From the IMG/VR virus record IMGVR_UViG_3300015608_000687: 64,000 bases of DNA; one strand, given 5' to 3'. Below are positions 17,559 to 26,803 of this stretch, piece by piece. The DNA is from an uncultured virus (IMG/VR IMGVR_UViG_3300015608_000687). Taxonomy: Duplodnaviria > Heunggongvirae > Uroviricota > Caudoviricetes > Crassvirales. The notes beneath the pieces are model-generated. The model was not told the DNA's origin and did no database searches. It was given only the letters and a program-made list of their open reading frames with translations. The position numbers and the translations under genes are program-made. Position 1 is the stretch's first letter; each line of letters starts with the position of its first letter.

Positions 17559-19964
17559 ATGATTGATTCTTCAACGCTTACATACTTCCCAATACAAAGT
17601 ATTCCGTTTTCTGAAAAAGATGAAAACTGGAAAAAAGCTTGTATAGACGGTGTAATAAATATATGTTATGCATACGGTAGAACCAGAAGGTCTCCTATGC
17701 AAAGAAAACTGAGAAATTATAATCTTTTCAACAACATCATTGATAAAGCTGATTTTGATTATGTTCTCAATCCCTTTAACCTTTCAAAAGAAAAGTTAAA
17801 ATCGTTTAGTTTTCCTGCAAGTTTACAACCTTATGATGTTGTATCTAAATATTTTAATCTTCTTATTGGAGAAGAATATAAAAGAATATTTACACCTGCC
17901 GTAAGAGCTATTAACGAATCTGCTTTAAACCAAAAGCAAAAACAAAAGAAAGAAGAAATACTTGAGGGTCTTACACAAGTATTAATGACTTCATTACAAA
18001 ATCCCGAAGACCCTTTTATTGAAGAAACTATTTCCAAATATAGTAATTACACGCCAAAAATGATGGTTGAGAGTGTTAGTGAAAAACTCTTACAACATTT
18101 TATGCGTAAAGAAAATCTACCAAAGATATTCAACGATTGCTTTAAAGACTATCTTATTGCCGGAGAAGAAATAGTAAGAGTTGATAAAGTGGCTAAAGGT
18201 CCCAGAGTAACCAGAGTTAATCCTATGGAAACTTGGTATCAACTACCGACAAATTCAGATATGTTGGATGAAGCTGAAAAAATCTATGAAAGAAACCAAA
18301 TGACTGTTTCTGAAATAGTTGATGAGTTTTATGAATATCTTAGTGAAGACCAACTTGAGAAATTACAACAATATGGTTCTTCAACTAATTCTCTTTATAA
18401 CTTTGGAGACCAGTCTTTCTTAATTCCTACCGTAGATAGTATTTATGCTTTTGAAGCAAATTGGTCGGAAAGAGGAATACCTGTACATAGAGTTAGATGG
18501 AAGTCTAAAAAGAAAATGGGTATTTGGACCTTCATTAATGACTATGGAGAACCTCAACAGGTTCTTGTAGAAGAAGGCTTTAAAATAAATAAAAAAGATA
18601 AAACTCAAAGCATAGAATGGTTTTGGATAAATGAATATTGGGAAGGAATTCGTATAGGTACTGATATGTATCTATATGATTTAATAAGACCCAGAAAACA
18701 ACAATTCAGGTCAATAGATAATCTTAGCGAATGTAAATCAGGATATGTTGGAAACGTATGTTCTGCAACTAATTCTGTTTCTACTTCATTAATGGATAGA
18801 CTCGTTCCTTGGGTATATCTTTATATGATTATCTGGTACAGAACTGAATTGGCTATGGCTGCTAACATAGGTAAGATAGCACTTATTGATTTAAGTCTTG
18901 TTCCTGATGGTTGGGAAGTTGAAAAATGGTTGTATTATGCAACAGCCATGAAAATAGGTTTTGTTAACAGTTTCAATGAATCCAATAGGAAATTCAATGG
19001 TACTGGACAAAACATGTCCACCCAAAATAAAGAACTTAATCTTGAGACAGGTAATTATATCCAACAACACATTGGTATGTTGGAATATATATCTCAACAG
19101 ATTGAAGCTACTTCAGGTATAACAAGACAAAGACTTGGAGCTATTAGCACAAGTGAATTAGTTGGAAATACTGAAAGAGCTGTTACACAGTCTTCTCATA
19201 TTACAGAACCTTATTTTGCTCCGCATGATTTCTTTAAAATCAGAGTTTGTGAGGCCCTTATTGAAGTTGCTAAAGAATGTTTAAAAGACGATAATAGAAG
19301 TTTTCAATATGTTACCGACGATTTAGCTACGATTTTATTTGAGGTAAATGGTGCGGAATTGTCAAATATAGATATGGGTGTATTTACAACCAATGCTATA
19401 AAAGATAAAGAAGCTCTTGAAAATCTGAAAGCTTTATTACAAAGTGCTGTACAAAGTGAACAGATTAACATGTCTACAGTTGCTAAAGTATTGAACAGTA
19501 CTTCCTTTGCAGACATTGAGGCTACTCTGATTAAAGCTGAACAAATATCTGCTCAAAATCAACAAATTATGGCTGAAAAAGAACAAGCTGTTGAAAATCA
19601 GAGACTTCAGATAGAAATGGAAAAGCTTGAAAGAGAGGACATTAACGCACAAAAAGACAGAGAAACTAAGATACAGGTAGCTGAAATACAAGCTTTAGGA
19701 TATGCTAAAGATACTGATGTAAATGATAATAATGTCCCTGATGTAATTGATGTTGCTAAAATGGCTTTGGAAGGAAGAAAACAGAATTTCCAAGAAAACC
19801 TTGAAAAAGAAAAGCTTTCTTTAGAAAAAGAAAAAATGAATAATGAAATGAAAAAAGTAGATAAAGAAGCTAAATTAAAAGAAAAAGAAATGCAAATAAA
19901 GCAAAACATAGAAAAATTAAAAGCGAGAGCTGCCGTAAGAAAGTCGAAAAATAATAAAAAATAA
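17559..19964 (+). CDS. portal protein
   Basis: Follows terL; WINEYWEG and SGITRQRLGAISTSELVGNTER motifs; coiled-coil tail. Confidence 0.9.
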   Translation: MIDSSTLTYFPIQSIPFSEKDENWKKACIDGVINICYAYGRTRRSPMQRKLRNYNLFNNIIDKADFDYVLNPFNLSKEKLKSFSFPASLQPYDVVSKYFNLLIGEEYKRIFTPAVRAINESALNQKQKQKKEEILEGLTQVLMTSLQNPEDPFIEETISKYSNYTPKMMVESVSEKLLQHFMRKENLPKIFNDCFKDYLIAGEEIVRVDKVAKGPRVTRVNPMETWYQLPTNSDMLDEAEKIYERNQMTVSEIVDEFYEYLSEDQLEKLQQYGSSTNSLYNFGDQSFLIPTVDSIYAFEANWSERGIPVHRVRWKSKKKMGIWTFINDYGEPQQVLVEEGFKINKKDKTQSIEWFWINEYWEGIRIGTDMYLYDLIRPRKQQFRSIDNLSECKSGYVGNVCSATNSVSTSLMDRLVPWVYLYMIIWYRTELAMAANIGKIALIDLSLVPDGWEVEKWLYYATAMKIGFVNSFNESNRKFNGTGQNMSTQNKELNLETGNYIQQHIGMLEYISQQIEATSGITRQRLGAISTSELVGNTERAVTQSSHITEPYFAPHDFFKIRVCEALIEVAKECLKDDNRSFQYVTDDLATILFEVNGAELSNIDMGVFTTNAIKDKEALENLKALLQSAVQSEQINMSTVAKVLNSTSFADIEATLIKAEQISAQNQQIMAEKEQAVENQRLQIEMEKLEREDINAQKDRETKIQVAEIQALGYAKDTDVNDNNVPDVIDVAKMALEGRKQNFQENLEKEKLSLEKEKMNNEMKKVDKEAKLKEKEMQIKQNIEKLKARAAVRKSKNNKK

Positions 19965-20028
19965 GCTATAAGAAATAATGATTAATATAATATAACTATT
20001 GATTTCGCTTAAAATCAAGTTATATTTG
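19965..20028 (+). promoter_or_regulatory. Bacteroidota-type promoter with GCTATAAGAAA box
   Basis: Box at 19965; TTG(19999)-N19-TATATTTG(20021). Confidence 0.7.
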
Positions 20029-20056
20029 CTAAAATCTTTAAAGTGTTGTTGATAAG

Positions 20057-21184
20057 ATGAGTGAGAAAAAAGATGAACTGATTGATTTGTCTGCTATGGA
20101 AAATTTAGAACCTGCCTTTTTAGGCGAGGTTAAAAAAATTGACGATAAAGACATAAAAGAAATTAAAGAAGAAGTCATTGACGAAGTTGAAAGTCTTGAA
20201 GAATTTCTGAAAGACAAGTCTAAAAAAGAAGTTGATGACGAAGAAGAAGAGGTAGAAAAAGTTGAAACAACTGAAGATACCGATAAAGAAACTAAAACTG
20301 AAACCAGTAAAAAGACTGATGAAGAAGAAGTTTCACCTATAAGAGCAATTGCTGAATGGGCTGGTTCAAAAGGAATATTTGAATTTGACCCTGAAAAGTT
20401 TGAAGATTCTGAAGATTATTTAGAATCAAAACTTACAGAAGTTGCTGAAACAAAATTTAATAGCTGGAAAGAAGAACTTCCTGAAGAAATTCACCAGCTT
20501 ATTGATAATTATAAAGAAGGCATTCCTTTAGATGAATTGATATATTCTCGTTCAAGAGAAATTGAATATTCTAACATAACTGAAGAAATGCTTGATGAAG
20601 ATGTAGAACTGCAAAAGCGTATTGTTTCTGATTGGTTGGCTAATAATGATTTAGAAGACAAGCAAATTAAAAAGAAAATAGAAAGATACTCGGATGCAGG
20701 ACTACTTAGTGAAGAAGCTGAAACTGCTCTTGCTAAACTTAAAGCTTTTGAAAAGCGTTATCAAGAACAGCTTAAAGAAGAAGCTCAAGAAAGAAAGCAG
20801 CAGTTCGAGCATCAAAAGGAACAAAAAATTAAAGAAGTTGAAAAAACAATTTTATCTTCGGAGGAAATAATTCCGGGAATAAAGTTGTCAAAAGAAGAAA
20901 GAAAGAAATTAACTGAAGGTTATCTTAAGATGAATAGTAAGGGAGAAACCCAACTAATCAAAAAATTAAAAGAGGACCCGATGGCTAATTTAAAAATAGC
21001 TCAGTTCTTTCTCCTTATGGATGGTAAACTTGATAGTGTCAAGGCCAAACTTGAAAGTAAAGTAGTAGGAAAGATAAAACAAACAGTTGATACAAAAACT
21101 GAAACTGAATCTAATCCTCTTCAAAAACTGGATATTGGTAAAATGCGTAAGGCTATAGAACTGGCAAAAAAAGCTAGAACTTAA
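20057..21184 (+). CDS. acidic scaffold-like protein
   Basis: Very E/D/K-rich; lies between portal and MCP as in crAss-like phages. Confidence 0.7.
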   Translation: MSEKKDELIDLSAMENLEPAFLGEVKKIDDKDIKEIKEEVIDEVESLEEFLKDKSKKEVDDEEEEVEKVETTEDTDKETKTETSKKTDEEEVSPIRAIAEWAGSKGIFEFDPEKFEDSEDYLESKLTEVAETKFNSWKEELPEEIHQLIDNYKEGIPLDELIYSRSREIEYSNITEEMLDEDVELQKRIVSDWLANNDLEDKQIKKKIERYSDAGLLSEEAETALAKLKAFEKRYQEQLKEEAQERKQQFEHQKEQKIKEVEKTILSSEEIIPGIKLSKEERKKLTEGYLKMNSKGETQLIKKLKEDPMANLKIAQFFLLMDGKLDSVKAKLESKVVGKIKQTVDTKTETESNPLQKLDIGKMRKAIELAKKART

Positions 21185-21203
21185 TTAATACTTTATAAAT
21201 AAA

Positions 21204-22664
21204 ATGGCTGTACAAGGTTTAAATGCTTTACAAGTATCGTATGCTAAGAGTTGGTCTGGTTTAACTACCGAAAACCACCTTTATGCGATTTATCAACGTG
21301 ACCCTCAACTTGTTTCTGATATCATAACTGAAATCTTTAACAGAAAGGGATATTTTGGTCTGGATAATTTCTTATCCAAATATCCGACTAAAATGTTGGA
21401 CCATGACGGTGAATACCGTTGGATGTTAAAAGGTGATAGCCGCAGAGCTATCAATATTGTAGGTTTTACTTCTGCTGCTAATACTGCAGTTGGTAAACCG
21501 GGTCTTAATCAGGAAATCTTTTATTTAGAACTTGAAGAAAGACATTTCCAAGTTTCTGATTATCTGATTTTTGATGATCGTGATTTTGGTGTTCGTATTG
21601 TTGACGAAGGTTATGCTAACGGTACTAACTGGGTATATGGTGTACAATCCATGAATCCTGCTGATGGTGCTTTTATTCCTGCGTCTCTTATGACTGTTGG
21701 TAGAAAAGTATCTCGTCAGAACAACATTGTTACAAACACGTTGAATGATGAATACAGCCAACCGCAATTCACTTCGCATTTTGAAATGCGTAACGTATTC
21801 AGCACTCTTTCCAAAGAGCAAGTTGTTCCGGGCAATATGCACAATACCCCTCTCTTAATTAAGATGAATGCGGGTGATGGTCAACCTGTTACTACTTGGA
21901 CAAGATGGCAGGATATTGAAACTGAATTACAATGGAGAAGAGAAAAAGCTAATCAGCTTATGTTCTCTCAATTCAACCAGAGAGCTAACGGTCAGTTTGC
22001 AAACAAATCCAGAAACGGTTTTGTAATCAAACAAGGTGCTGGTCTGCGTCAACAAATTTCTCCGTCTTATAAATTCTATTACACTACACTTACGCTTGAT
22101 TATCTGCATGAAGTTGCTCAGAACCTTTCTATCAACATCTTGCCTGAAGACCAGCGTGAATTCTTAATTCTTACTGGTGAACGTGGTATGTACATGTTCT
22201 CCAAGCTGATTGAAGATAAAGTAGCTGTATTTAATCCTATGGGTAATCCGAACAGATTAACTGGTTCTGGTTCTAACCTTGGATTCAGAGGTCAATACAA
22301 AGTGTTTGAAGGCTACAACGGTATTAAATATACTGTGATGCACATGCCTGAATATGATGACATTATTGACAACAGATTATTTCACCCGGATGGTGGTTAT
22401 ACTGAAAACTATCGTATGACTATTATGAACATTGGTACTACCAATGGTGAGCCTAACATTCAGAAAATGGGTGTTAAAGGCAGAACTGATATGAAATGGT
22501 ATGTTGCAGGTTCTACTTCTCCGTATGGTCCTAACTATAGCGGTAGTGGTGGTTCTGAAATTGATGGCTATAAAATAATGTACCAAACAACTCAGGGTAT
22601 AATGTTGAAAAACCCTCTGTCTGCTTGTGAACTTATTCCTAGCGTGAACACACCGGAATATTAA
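21204..22664 (+). CDS. major capsid protein
   Basis: WSGLTTENHL N-terminus, GAGLRQQI, TGERGM motifs; synteny. Confidence 0.92.
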   Translation: MAVQGLNALQVSYAKSWSGLTTENHLYAIYQRDPQLVSDIITEIFNRKGYFGLDNFLSKYPTKMLDHDGEYRWMLKGDSRRAINIVGFTSAANTAVGKPGLNQEIFYLELEERHFQVSDYLIFDDRDFGVRIVDEGYANGTNWVYGVQSMNPADGAFIPASLMTVGRKVSRQNNIVTNTLNDEYSQPQFTSHFEMRNVFSTLSKEQVVPGNMHNTPLLIKMNAGDGQPVTTWTRWQDIETELQWRREKANQLMFSQFNQRANGQFANKSRNGFVIKQGAGLRQQISPSYKFYYTTLTLDYLHEVAQNLSINILPEDQREFLILTGERGMYMFSKLIEDKVAVFNPMGNPNRLTGSGSNLGFRGQYKVFEGYNGIKYTVMHMPEYDDIIDNRLFHPDGGYTENYRMTIMNIGTTNGEPNIQKMGVKGRTDMKWYVAGSTSPYGPNYSGSGGSEIDGYKIMYQTTQGIMLKNPLSACELIPSVNTPEY

Positions 22665-22687
22665 GAAGTAAATTAAATTAAGTAGTT

Positions 22688-23605
22688 ATGAGTGAGAAAG
22701 ATAATACGAGTGGTGGAAAAAACTACAACAAAGTCGCTACAGAAGTAGCAAAACAAACAGTACAAGAAGCTCCTACAAGAGCTATTGATAAATTAGTAGG
22801 TCGGTTTATACTCAAGCCATGTAAAAAAACGTGGCTTGAGCAAATTGACCCAAAACATGATGGAGCCTATTTATTTTCTAATACAAAGATTTATTTAGCA
22901 CCTGAAAGGGATATGAGCACAGGACTTGTAAGAACAGGTCTTACAAATGAGCAGGCTAGAGAATTAGAAAGAGAAATGGGTTTAAGAGAAATGGATTTGT
23001 CACCATACTCTTCTTTTTGGAATGATTTTAAAAATTATCCTAAAATCCCACAAGAAGGTCTTGTTTTAGATTTAACCAGAAGTGCAAAAGAAAAGCTTAT
23101 GTATCTTTTCTGTTTAGCACATAGTAAAGTTGCTAAATCTTGGGCTGACGCAATGGAAAATCCTTTTGCTGAAGTCGTAATGACAAACAAAGAAATTGAA
23201 GCTGAAAAAGGTAGTAAAGACCTTAAGCTTAAAATTGATGCTATGGTTAGATTGAAAGGACTTTCCATTAATGAACAAATGGAATTTCTCACAATCTATC
23301 AGGAAGGTAAATTCAAAGTTAAAAAAGACAGTACTCCCGACTTTATTTTTGATACAATAGGTAAAGTTGCTGAAACAGACCCACAAGGATTCATTGACCT
23401 CTTAAACAATCCTTATTACAAAGAAATGGCTTTTGTAAAAGAGTGTGAATTCAAAGGTATAATTAGAAAAAGCGGAACTATTTATTACAGTCTGGGTGGA
23501 GATAAAATTGGTTCGAGTTTCTTCCAAGTAGTAGAAAATTTACAAAAACCTGAATATAACGAATTAAAAATCAGCTTAAAAGCTAAACTTGACGCTCTGC
23601 GTTAA
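22688..23605 (+). CDS. conserved crAss-like protein downstream of MCP
   Basis: Synteny; TGLT..QARELE motif. Confidence 0.7.
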   Translation: MSEKDNTSGGKNYNKVATEVAKQTVQEAPTRAIDKLVGRFILKPCKKTWLEQIDPKHDGAYLFSNTKIYLAPERDMSTGLVRTGLTNEQARELEREMGLREMDLSPYSSFWNDFKNYPKIPQEGLVLDLTRSAKEKLMYLFCLAHSKVAKSWADAMENPFAEVVMTNKEIEAEKGSKDLKLKIDAMVRLKGLSINEQMEFLTIYQEGKFKVKKDSTPDFIFDTIGKVAETDPQGFIDLLNNPYYKEMAFVKECEFKGIIRKSGTIYYSLGGDKIGSSFFQVVENLQKPEYNELKISLKAKLDALR

Positions 23606-23607
23606 TC

Positions 23608-24330
23608 ATGATTGTACAAGAGGCTCATACACAATTTAAAGTAGGTGTTGATAAAACTGATAGCCTTAATTCTGCTAACTTTCAGGTAGAAGAGATTGAC
23701 CTTTATTTAAGTGATGCTCAAGAACAATTTATATCTCAAAGAGCTTGGGGTAATAATTACAAAAGAGAAAGTCTTGAGGAAACACAAAAAAGGGTTGCTG
23801 ACCTTCAAACAATAACTAAAAATGCCAATCTGACAACATTTGTAAATAACTCAGACAATAAACCAAATGGTTTTTTTGTAGAACTTCCAGATGATTACAG
23901 ATATGCAATAAACGAAGAAATTACAGTTTCTTATACAGACTGTAATAATACACAAAAAACAACAAGAATACCTGTCATAGCTTTAACACATGACAGGTAT
24001 AATAAGACAATAGTTAGTCCTTTTACTAAACCTAGTTTAAACAAAGCCTACAGATTGCCTTATGGAAGATTCAACAACAAAGAACATTTTGAATTGATTA
24101 TTCCGGCAAATACTACTCTCACAACATATCATTTGAGATATTTAAAAACTCCTGCTAAAATAGATATGGCTCAAAGACTTACTCCTCCGGGATTAGGGGC
24201 TACAGCACAAATTGAAATGGCAGATGAAGCTTGTAGAGAAATCATAAGAATTGCTGTAAGAAATGCTCTTGGTGATATTGAATCAAACAGAACATCTGAA
24301 AGTATTGAACGATTAAAAGAAATTGAATAA
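23608..24330 (+). CDS. head-tail ring/adaptor protein
   Basis: EIDLYLSDAQ, EETQKRVADL, YLKTP pattern; synteny. Confidence 0.7.
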   Translation: MIVQEAHTQFKVGVDKTDSLNSANFQVEEIDLYLSDAQEQFISQRAWGNNYKRESLEETQKRVADLQTITKNANLTTFVNNSDNKPNGFFVELPDDYRYAINEEITVSYTDCNNTQKTTRIPVIALTHDRYNKTIVSPFTKPSLNKAYRLPYGRFNNKEHFELIIPANTTLTTYHLRYLKTPAKIDMAQRLTPPGLGATAQIEMADEACREIIRIAVRNALGDIESNRTSESIERLKEIE

Positions 24331-24788
24331 TGGCTAGTCCCACATCTCCTCTCAATCCTATTGTTACACAAAGCAAAGGAAGAGTTGCACAACTTGAACT
24401 TGGACAAGGTAATAACCAACAGGCAAGAGCTAGTGATGTTAATCAAATAATTGATTATCTCAACGCTAGAGCTTCACAAAATGGTGCTACTACAAGCGCA
24501 GGTAATACTCCTACAATAAACGCTGCTGCTGGATATTTTACTTCTGCAGGACTTACAACCGCTCCTACAAGTGGAACTGGTTCTCCAGTAACAACGATAA
24601 CTTTAACAAATTCCTTTATTACTTCTAGTTCTATGGTCGTGGCTGTTATTACAGCTTACGGTGGAACAACAGGTCAACCATCCATTGTTAGAGTAGTTCC
24701 TTCTACAGGAAGTGCTTCAATAGTGGTTGCAAACGTAGGTACTGCGGTATTAAACGGTACAATTGGTGTAAAATTCTTTGTTATCTAA
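24330..24788 (+). CDS. small virion structural protein
   Basis: T/S/G-rich beta protein in the structural operon. Confidence 0.6.
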   Translation: MASPTSPLNPIVTQSKGRVAQLELGQGNNQQARASDVNQIIDYLNARASQNGATTSAGNTPTINAAAGYFTSAGLTTAPTSGTGSPVTTITLTNSFITSSSMVVAVITAYGGTTGQPSIVRVVPSTGSASIVVANVGTAVLNGTIGVKFFVI

Positions 24789-24818
24789 TAATTATTAACA
24801 TTTAACCTTTAAAACAAA

Positions 24819-26114
24819 ATGAGTGAATTAACGCAAAAGAATGTAATGGATGTACTTGTTGGTACAAACATCGCTGGTACAGCTATTGCTTCTGTTACGA
24901 ATGACCTTGCAAATTTAGCTGTTGGTCAGGTTATTGCCGTAGGTTTAGGTACTGCTGGAGAAGTTGTTCTTCCGGTTGGTGGAACTCCTACTAACTATCC
25001 TTCCATCAGATTAGTACGCAGATTTGATTCAAGCACTTTAGTATATTCTCCAAGAATCTTTGCTAAAGATGTTGTATCTTATACTGGTATTGATGGTACG
25101 GCAGGTACTACTGAGCAAGTAACTGTAGTAGGCTATAATGGTACTACTGGTTCCATTGATACTTCTGGTGTGGATTACACCCTTACATATGTTGGAGATT
25201 GGGACGACATGTTCTGGTCTGAGCAAAAATATAGAAAGGCTTATAACCTCTATACGACAGCTCCTACGCAACAGTTTTTAGCCAAAGGATTTACCTTCTT
25301 GGTTAACGATGATATGTTTAAAATGACGCTGGCAGGCACTGGTGCACAAATCAAAGCTGAAATGCTTTGTGATGGTTCTGCTGCTTCTCCCGCCACTGCT
25401 GCTACTGCTGCTGTAGTAAACGGCTCTAATATAGTTACTTTAGACGCTGCTGACGCAGGTATTCAAACAATTGGTACTATATTGAGACTTGGTACTGCTG
25501 CTGGTGGTCGTGGTACTTCTGTACCTGTTTATGTTGTAATTGCTACTCCTACAACAGACAGCACTTTAACTTCTACGCAAGTAAGAGTACATACCTATTT
25601 CCAAGGAACTACGGATGCTGCTCTTGACTTAACTGCAGATGCTGGTGTTGTAGCAACAGCAACCAACTACGGTATGAAATTTACAGGACTTCCTCTGACT
25701 TGGAAGAAAGATTTCTTCAAATTCAAGAAAGTTCGTTTCCACTTTGACCTCAAAGGTTTTGGTGCTACTACGGTATCTACTCCTACTTTAGCTTCTAAAG
25801 GTCAGGGTGACTATCGTGAAGTTGCTGAAATGGAAAGCTTTGCACAAGGTTCTGAAGGTGCTTTAAACAGAACTGTTGTTCCGTTACCTACTGGAACTGC
25901 AGCTACTGTAACTGATGGAAGTGTTGCTGCATACGATTGTGTAGCGATTCAATCTGCAGATACTTCAAGAGCAAAATCTCCTATTACCGCAACAGCAGGA
26001 ATGTTAATTGAAACAAGAGTATTTATTCCTGATGGTGCTGCTAACATGACTAAGCTGTTAACTCAGCTTAATCCTTGGATGGCTGCTGTAGGATTTCCTA
26101 ACGTCTCTGTTTAA
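24819..26114 (+). CDS. auxiliary capsid (decoration) protein-like
   Basis: GQGDYREVAEME motif, A/T/G-rich, followed by a strong terminator. Confidence 0.65.
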   Translation: MSELTQKNVMDVLVGTNIAGTAIASVTNDLANLAVGQVIAVGLGTAGEVVLPVGGTPTNYPSIRLVRRFDSSTLVYSPRIFAKDVVSYTGIDGTAGTTEQVTVVGYNGTTGSIDTSGVDYTLTYVGDWDDMFWSEQKYRKAYNLYTTAPTQQFLAKGFTFLVNDDMFKMTLAGTGAQIKAEMLCDGSAASPATAATAAVVNGSNIVTLDAADAGIQTIGTILRLGTAAGGRGTSVPVYVVIATPTTDSTLTSTQVRVHTYFQGTTDAALDLTADAGVVATATNYGMKFTGLPLTWKKDFFKFKKVRFHFDLKGFGATTVSTPTLASKGQGDYREVAEMESFAQGSEGALNRTVVPLPTGTAATVTDGSVAAYDCVAIQSADTSRAKSPITATAGMLIETRVFIPDGAANMTKLLTQLNPWMAAVGFPNVSV

Positions 26115-26142
26115 TATTTTTCTTCTATAAACACTTCATTAT

Positions 26143-26174
26143 GGGCAGGCAGGGTTTACTGCTTGCCCTTTTTT
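26143..26174 (+). terminator. intrinsic terminator
   Basis: GGGCAGGCAG-GGTTTA-CTGCTTGCCC-TTTTTT. Confidence 0.85.
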
Positions 26175-26182
26175 AATTAATA

Positions 26183-26794
26183 ATGGCTCCTGATATAAAA
26201 ATAAACATTAAACAAAGCGAAGATGGTGAATCGTTTTATTTTCAAGATGATACACCATTATTAAATCCCGTAAGTGCTCCTAATGGATATGATGTATCTG
26301 GTAGTTTTGGAGGATTTGACCCAAACAACATAGATACAGCAACTGTTAAAGTAAGAGTAACTATACCAAATGGAGACATATACGTTATTAATGTTGACCC
26401 TAGTGACATAGTAATTGCTAACATAGGGACAATAGGAATGGTTAATATTGCCATAACAAGTACTGATTTAGGTACTTCTGGTGATATAACAGACGGTATA
26501 TATTTCTTTGAATATACTTTTAAAGATACAGATGGAGTTTCATATTCTGCAAAATGTTATGTTGCAGCAATGTATCAGGTTTGCTGTTGCCTGAATAAAA
26601 AACTAATTGATATAACAACTTGTACAAATTGCCCTGAAAAAGAAAGGTCTAAAAAAATAAATGATTTGTATGATGCTTGGATGTTAAAATTCAAAGCAGA
26701 ACATCTTGTTGGTTGTAACAATTATACAGCAGCTTCTCAAATAATAGAACATTTAACCTCATATTGCAACATCAAAAGATGTGCAACCTGTTAA
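26183..26794 (+). CDS. putative tail hub / fibre-docking protein, Cys-rich C-terminus
   Basis: DGIY.FEY motif, VCCC..CTNC..CATC; position. Confidence 0.55.
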   Translation: MAPDIKINIKQSEDGESFYFQDDTPLLNPVSAPNGYDVSGSFGGFDPNNIDTATVKVRVTIPNGDIYVINVDPSDIVIANIGTIGMVNIAITSTDLGTSGDITDGIYFFEYTFKDTDGVSYSAKCYVAAMYQVCCCLNKKLIDITTCTNCPEKERSKKINDLYDAWMLKFKAEHLVGCNNYTAASQIIEHLTSYCNIKRCATC

Positions 26795-26803
26795 TTTATA
26801 AAA

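Noticed and set aside
853..22664. Introns, inteins or homing endonucleases in polB, terL, portal or MCP
   Set aside because: Each is a continuous ORF of plausible size with no LAGLIDADG/HNH/intein motifs seen
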